IMG/VR virus record: IMGVR_UViG_3300026546_000016
Coordinates: 1 to 26,933 of that record
DNA length: 26,933 nt
Origin: a virus
Taxonomy: Duplodnaviria; Caudoviricetes
Direction: 5' to 3' (one strand)
Below, one piece after another: positions 25,618-26,933 of the stretch. The translations under genes were made by a program, and so were the position numbers. The notes under the pieces are model-generated. The model did no database searches. It was not told the DNA's origin and saw nothing but the letters and a program-made list of their open reading frames with translations. Positions within the stretch are counted from its first letter, which is position 1. Each line of letters starts with the position of its first letter.

Positions 25618-26933
25618 ATGAACAAGACACTTTTTAAAGATACTTTTTTTGACGATGAAATTAGATGGGAAGAAGTAGTTGGATCTGGAACTATTAAAGC
25701 TAATAGAGGAAAATTAGTTTGTTCACTCGCTAATGGTGAGAATGGAGAATGGGTATCTGGAGGCATAAGAAATGCGGATCTAATATATAGGTTTCTATCT
25801 TTATTTCCATCAAGTCGTAAAATTAGTTTGACTTTTAAAACAGAACAACCTACAACGGCAGATGGAGGACTATATGGAGGATTCTATTATTCAGACACAG
25901 ATTGGATTGGGTTTAAGATAGAAAGCTCTCAGATTCAAGTTATAGAGGTCTCAGGTGGTACATTCACGAGTAAAGCATCTATTTCATCTGGTTCTGTAGT
26001 ATATCCAATGGATCTAAAAATTGAAATAGTTAGACCTGTAGCAGGTTCTGGAGTAACATCAACAACATATTCTACATACTATAAAGAGAATGGAGAATGG
26101 GTATTCATATTCTCGAATAGTTTTTCTTCAGTAGTTGATTCAGTCTTTTTTAGTCCATTTAATACAGCTACTCATAAAGCAGTTTCTACAAGTGTTGATG
26201 ATGTAAAAGTAATTTCAAATGATATGCTTTCAAAACCTTCTGCTGGTGGAAGTAGAACTCTATTAGTTGAAATTGGAGGAATATATACAGGCTTTTTAAG
26301 TAATTCATCCAGTAATGCTTCATTATGTGCAGATTGGGTTACATTAACAAGACAAGCAGTAACAAATATACCTAGTTCACCAGCAAGAACTATAGACCCA
26401 TTTACAGGAGATTTTAATTCTCAAGGTATTTCTCTGCAATTAATTGGTGTTGAAGATATACTAAATTGGAATGAAGACCATAAAGGAACTACTTTAACAG
26501 AAGACATTTTGAAACATGATTGGACAATTACTGTAACAGATACTTCTGCTTTCCCTTCAAATGGATATATATGGATTGGTAAAGAAGTCATTCAATATCA
26601 AAGCAAAGATGCAACTCATTTTTATTGGTGTGCCAGAGGAGCTTTAGGTACAAGTCCTGAATATCATTCTAAATATATAGATTCAGATACCCAAGAAAGT
26701 CAAGTTGTTTACAAATCTAATCCTTTTTTAGTTGGAAGAAAAGTACAATTAAGATGGATAGACAATAGTAATGAAATGACAGCAGAAACAAGATTTATTG
26801 GGTGGTTAGATGAGCCTTCTTGGGACAATGGAGTATTTAGTTTTTCATGTGTTAATTCAAATATGATGTTAAAAGAACGAAAAGCAATGACACAACCTTT
26901 TGCGAAAGGAAAACTACTTGGAGGTTCTTTAAA
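25618..26933 (+). CDS. Tail-tip/baseplate-type protein, truncated by the window end (at least 438 aa)
   Basis: ATG 25618 after AAGGTG, with no stop found on reading. Contains TITVTDTSAFPSNGYIWIGKEVIQY…RGALGT…H, a motif common in phage tail proteins. Missing from the ORF track because it has no stop. Confidence 0.75.
   Translation, partial: MNKTLFKDTFFDDEIRWEEVVGSGTIKANRGKLVCSLANGENGEWVSGGIRNADLIYRFLSLFPSSRKISLTFKTEQPTTADGGLYGGFYYSDTDWIGFKIESSQIQVIEVSGGTFTSKASISSGSVVYPMDLKIEIVRPVAGSGVTSTTYSTYYKENGEWVFIFSNSFSSVVDSVFFSPFNTATHKAVSTSVDDVKVISNDMLSKPSAGGSRTLLVEIGGIYTGFLSNSSSNASLCADWVTLTRQAVTNIPSSPARTIDPFTGDFNSQGISLQLIGVEDILNWNEDHKGTTLTEDILKHDWTITVTDTSAFPSNGYIWIGKEVIQYQSKDATHFYWCARGALGTSPEYHSKYIDSDTQESQVVYKSNPFLVGRKVQLRWIDNSNEMTAETRFIGWLDEPSWDNGVFSFSCVNSNMMLKERKAMTQPFAKGKLLGGSL

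Noticed and set aside
1-26933. Alternative genetic code, introns/inteins or a diversity-generating retroelement
   Set aside because: Core genes are intact in the standard code at normal lengths; no reverse transcriptase or template/variable repeat pair was seen.

Overview
This window is an AT-rich segment of a tailed dsDNA phage genome (Caudoviricetes, probably siphovirus-like). Left end (1-2900): small, tightly packed hypothetical genes on alternating strands. A ~1.4 kb non-coding control region (2880-4288) follows. Next is a replication module (AEP primase-SF3 helicase fusion, family A DNA polymerase, Zn-ribbon protein, YycJ-like MBL hydrolase). The rest is a co-oriented morphogenesis module: terminase, portal, minor head protein, scaffold, major capsid, two paralogous small virion proteins, neck proteins, tail tube, tail chaperone with a -1 frameshift, tape measure and tail-tip genes, the last truncated by the window edge. 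I see no integrase, repressor, tRNA or CRISPR. Three things stand out. (1) A ~0.4 kb non-coding element built from ~16-17 GTTAC/GTAAC iterons around an AT-rich core occurs twice, in inverted orientation ~17 kb apart: once upstream of the primase-helicase and once interrupting the tail operon. It is a candidate duplicated or bipartite origin, or an inversion substrate. (2) Four to five sigma-54 (-24/-12) promoter motifs precede the primase-helicase, the DNA polymerase and the small leftward genes, while the late genes have a sigma-70-type promoter. (3) Restriction-site avoidance appears strong enough to show in the proteins: all 12 Ala-Ala pairs avoid GCWGC, and no Pro-Gly or Gly-Pro dipeptides were found. 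Functional calls rest on motif recognition and gene order by eye; no database searches were run.
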